IMG/VR virus record: IMGVR_UViG_3300032046_000029 | Coordinates: 1-58,728 of that record | Direction: 5' to 3' (one strand) | Source of the DNA: a virus | Lineage: Duplodnaviria; Caudoviricetes | Length of the DNA: 58,728 nt | Part shown: positions 56,522 through 58,728 of the stretch, in pieces | Numbering within the stretch: the stretch's first letter is position 1 | Layout of the letters: every line of letters begins with the position of its first letter | Translations under genes and position numbers: made by a program | Notes under the pieces: generated by a model | The model's input: the letters and a program-made list of their open reading frames with translations, nothing else | Database searches by the model: none | Told to the model about the DNA's origin: nothing

Positions 56522-57166
56522 TTAATCCTCCTCGAATATCTTGCCGAACTGGCCATCTCCCTCGCTCACGGCCGTATCGGCATTCAGTTTGAACTTGAGC
56601 GGCAGGCTCGACGCCTCGCTGCTCTGAACTACGACCTCGCTCCCGTCCACTTGGGGGATAGCACTGCGGAAGGCGAAGATGCGCAGGCCACCGGACTTGG
56701 GATCTTCCTGCGCCACGGCCAGCAGTCGTTCGGTGAAGGTAAAAGGGGCGTCCAGGTCGAGTGCGTGCTGGGCGACATTGCTACCGCTGCCGGCGACAGT
56801 ACGCTTGTTGCCGCCTTCCCATGCGATCTGGAACGTATCCAGGTCGGTGTGCAGGAGCGCCGTCTCCAGTTCCATCGTCCACTTTTCCGGCTCCCCCTCG
56901 TCCAGGTTCGTCTGCCGCTGGTCCACAGGGATGCCGTCCGACAGGTCGGTGGAGCGTCGGATCGTCACGCCGTCCTCGGTCGTGGGACCGAGGTCGGTCC
57001 AATCGGAGTCCAGGGCGTAGGCCGCCCCGGCGGCTGGCACTGCTGGATTCATGATGTGCTCCAGGATGCCGGGGAACGACGTACCCTCAGGGGCGTACAT
57101 CAGGCGCGACGCCCCCTTGAAGATCTTCGTGCGGGTCACGGTGATGGAATCTATCATCTGAGCCAT
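56522..57166 (-). CDS. Major tail (tube) protein
   Basis: WTDLGPTTEDGV motif; size and position. Confidence 0.85.
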   Translation of the reverse strand: MAQMIDSITVTRTKIFKGASRLMYAPEGTSFPGILEHIMNPAVPAAGAAYALDSDWTDLGPTTEDGVTIRRSTDLSDGIPVDQRQTNLDEGEPEKWTMELETALLHTDLDTFQIAWEGGNKRTVAGSGSNVAQHALDLDAPFTFTERLLAVAQEDPKSGGLRIFAFRSAIPQVDGSEVVVQSSEASSLPLKFKLNADTAVSEGDGQFGKIFEED

Positions 57167-57183
57167 AGAAATACCTCCCTAAC

Positions 57184-57681
57184 TTATCCTAACCATGCGA
57201 CCCGGCGCGCAGTCTGCGCCAGGCCGTACTCGAATTGAGGCGTCATCGCCTCGATTGCGTCTGGAATGAACGGATGCGGGATCGTGCCCGGGTGCCACAC
57301 GCTCCAGGCGAAATGATGCCCGCCCGATTTGTCGATCCAATGCAGGGGATAGCCCTTCGCCAGTTGGGCCGCCGATCCCCCGATGGGGATCTCGTGCGGC
57401 CGGCTGCCCATCGCCAGGATGGGCAAGAGAAACGCGTGCTTGCCCCGGACGTAGAACGTGGCCGTCGTTCTGCTACCCCGTTCGTCCGTGCGGAAGCCGA
57501 TCCCGGCGGCAAACTCTCCTGTGCGTTTAGGAGCATAATGCTGTAGAGTGCTCACCATTGAGCGGGCCAGGTTGCGTATCGTATCGCGCCGGGCAGCTGC
57601 CAGTTCAGGCGTGCGCCTGGCCAATCGGCCTTGCACGTCCCGGTAGCCCATCACTTCCATCTTGAGTAGCGGCCCGGCCAT
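57184..57681 (-). CDS. HK97 gp10-like neck/tail completion protein
   Basis: APKRTG, GSRPHEI, V.HPGT.PHPF. Confidence 0.75.
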   Translation of the reverse strand: MAGPLLKMEVMGYRDVQGRLARRTPELAAARRDTIRNLARSMVSTLQHYAPKRTGEFAAGIGFRTDERGSRTTATFYVRGKHAFLLPILAMGSRPHEIPIGGSAAQLAKGYPLHWIDKSGGHHFAWSVWHPGTIPHPFIPDAIEAMTPQFEYGLAQTARRVAWLG

Positions 57682-58208
57682 TACGATCCCTCCAACTTCA
57701 CGACGATGCGCCCGCCCTGGATGAAGTCCACATCGGCGGCGTCGAACATGTCAGCATCGGCCTGCTTGGCGGCGTGGCGAGATGCTTCGCTCAGATGCAC
57801 CTCTGGCTCCCAGTCGGCTTGCATGTAGGCGTTGATGTATTGCTCCTCTTGCAGTACGGCGCAGATCGCCTCGGCGTACCGGCAGGCTACCTTGTTGACC
57901 GTCGTTTCGTCTACGGCCACGACGAAGAAATCCGTGAACAGGTTCAAATCCTGCTCCTGGTAGCCCCACCGGGCCGGCCTGGCCTGCGGCATTCGTTCGG
58001 CCACGACTACGGCCACGAACGGAAAGGCGACCGAGTCCATTTCCAGGACTGTGGGTTTATGTCCGAAAAACCACGTCACAGGATCGGGCAACGTGACAGG
58101 ATCCCCCTCGATAACCCAGGCGGCTTCCACCACATCGAGCGCGCTGGAGAGTCGCGCCTGGAGCCGGGCCTGCAATGCCCTTCCCGTCTTTTCCGCGTCG
58201 AATGCCAT
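57681..58208 (-). CDS. Tail terminator-like protein
   Basis: Position and size; FPFVAV pattern. Confidence 0.55.
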   Translation of the reverse strand: MAFDAEKTGRALQARLQARLSSALDVVEAAWVIEGDPVTLPDPVTWFFGHKPTVLEMDSVAFPFVAVVVAERMPQARPARWGYQEQDLNLFTDFFVVAVDETTVNKVACRYAEAICAVLQEEQYINAYMQADWEPEVHLSEASRHAAKQADADMFDAADVDFIQGGRIVVKLEGS

Positions 58209-58216
58209 ACTCTACC

Positions 58217-58528
58217 TCATAGGTTCGCGTGCACGTCGAACCGGTGCACGTCCGTGTACCAGGTGCCAGACGGGAGGACTACTTTCCCCTGCAACTTCCA
58301 ACCGCCGACCTGGTCTATGTCACCGCTCACCGTCGTGTATTGCATCTTGCCGTCGGTACCATTGGTGGTAGGCATAGCGGTCTTCGTGACCTTGCTCCCA
58401 TCCGGCTTCTTGAACGTGAGTTGTTTCGTCGTCGCACCGGAGATGTCCACTACGTGCCCGGTATCGTCCGCCACCGTTCCGACGAACACCGTTCCAATAT
58501 CTCCGAGATGTATTTCGTTTGCTGGCAT
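58217..58528 (-). CDS. Small Ig/BppU-N-like virion protein
   Basis: VDISGAT..FKKPDG..GKMQY..GDIDQVG.W.LQ. Confidence 0.6.
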   Translation of the reverse strand: MPANEIHLGDIGTVFVGTVADDTGHVVDISGATTKQLTFKKPDGSKVTKTAMPTTNGTDGKMQYTTVSGDIDQVGGWKLQGKVVLPSGTWYTDVHRFDVHANL

Positions 58529-58728
58529 GCTATATCCCCAATGCCTCGTCCTGCTCCTGCTCTGTACGTAGTACCTCTGCCCACTCTCGATCTACGTGCA
58601 ACGTCCCTGCCCATTCCCGGTCTACGTCCAGCGTTCCCGTCCACTCCTGGTCCACGTACAATGCCCCTGCCCACCTTTGATCTATGTACAGAGTGGCCGC
58701 CCAGGCGACTACCAGGATGACTATCGGC

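Noticed and set aside
58450-58728. Gene assignment at the right edge
   Set aside because: Truncated by the window; reading frame and function could not be supported

Overview
This window is most of a tailed (siphovirus-like) temperate phage genome of about 60% GC; the host is not identifiable from sequence alone. The minus strand carries the late genes: lysis, ParB/methylase, terminase, portal and an intein-containing minor head protein at 1-10.9 kb, and the tail module at 47-58.7 kb. The plus strand (11.2-46.9 kb) carries early and middle genes: an FtsK/TraB-like module, a replication initiator with DnaC, two sigma-like proteins, RecT/Bet, an AAA-DUF1257-DUF2997 cluster, RuvC, a beta clamp, several methyltransferases and recombinases. 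Five features stand out. (1) An intein whose endonuclease is encoded as a complete, separately promoted gene on the opposite strand, with both frames open. (2) A 36-nt-periodic dual-spacer array directly upstream of a nuclease-less IS110/Nop-domain protein (TIGR-TasA-like). (3) A modular cluster of tRNA/tmRNA-mimic RNAs. (4) More than 20 copies of a 28-bp palindrome at gene junctions. (5) About 12 copies of an ECF-type promoter, probably read by a phage sigma factor. All product calls come from motif recognition by eye, without database searches.
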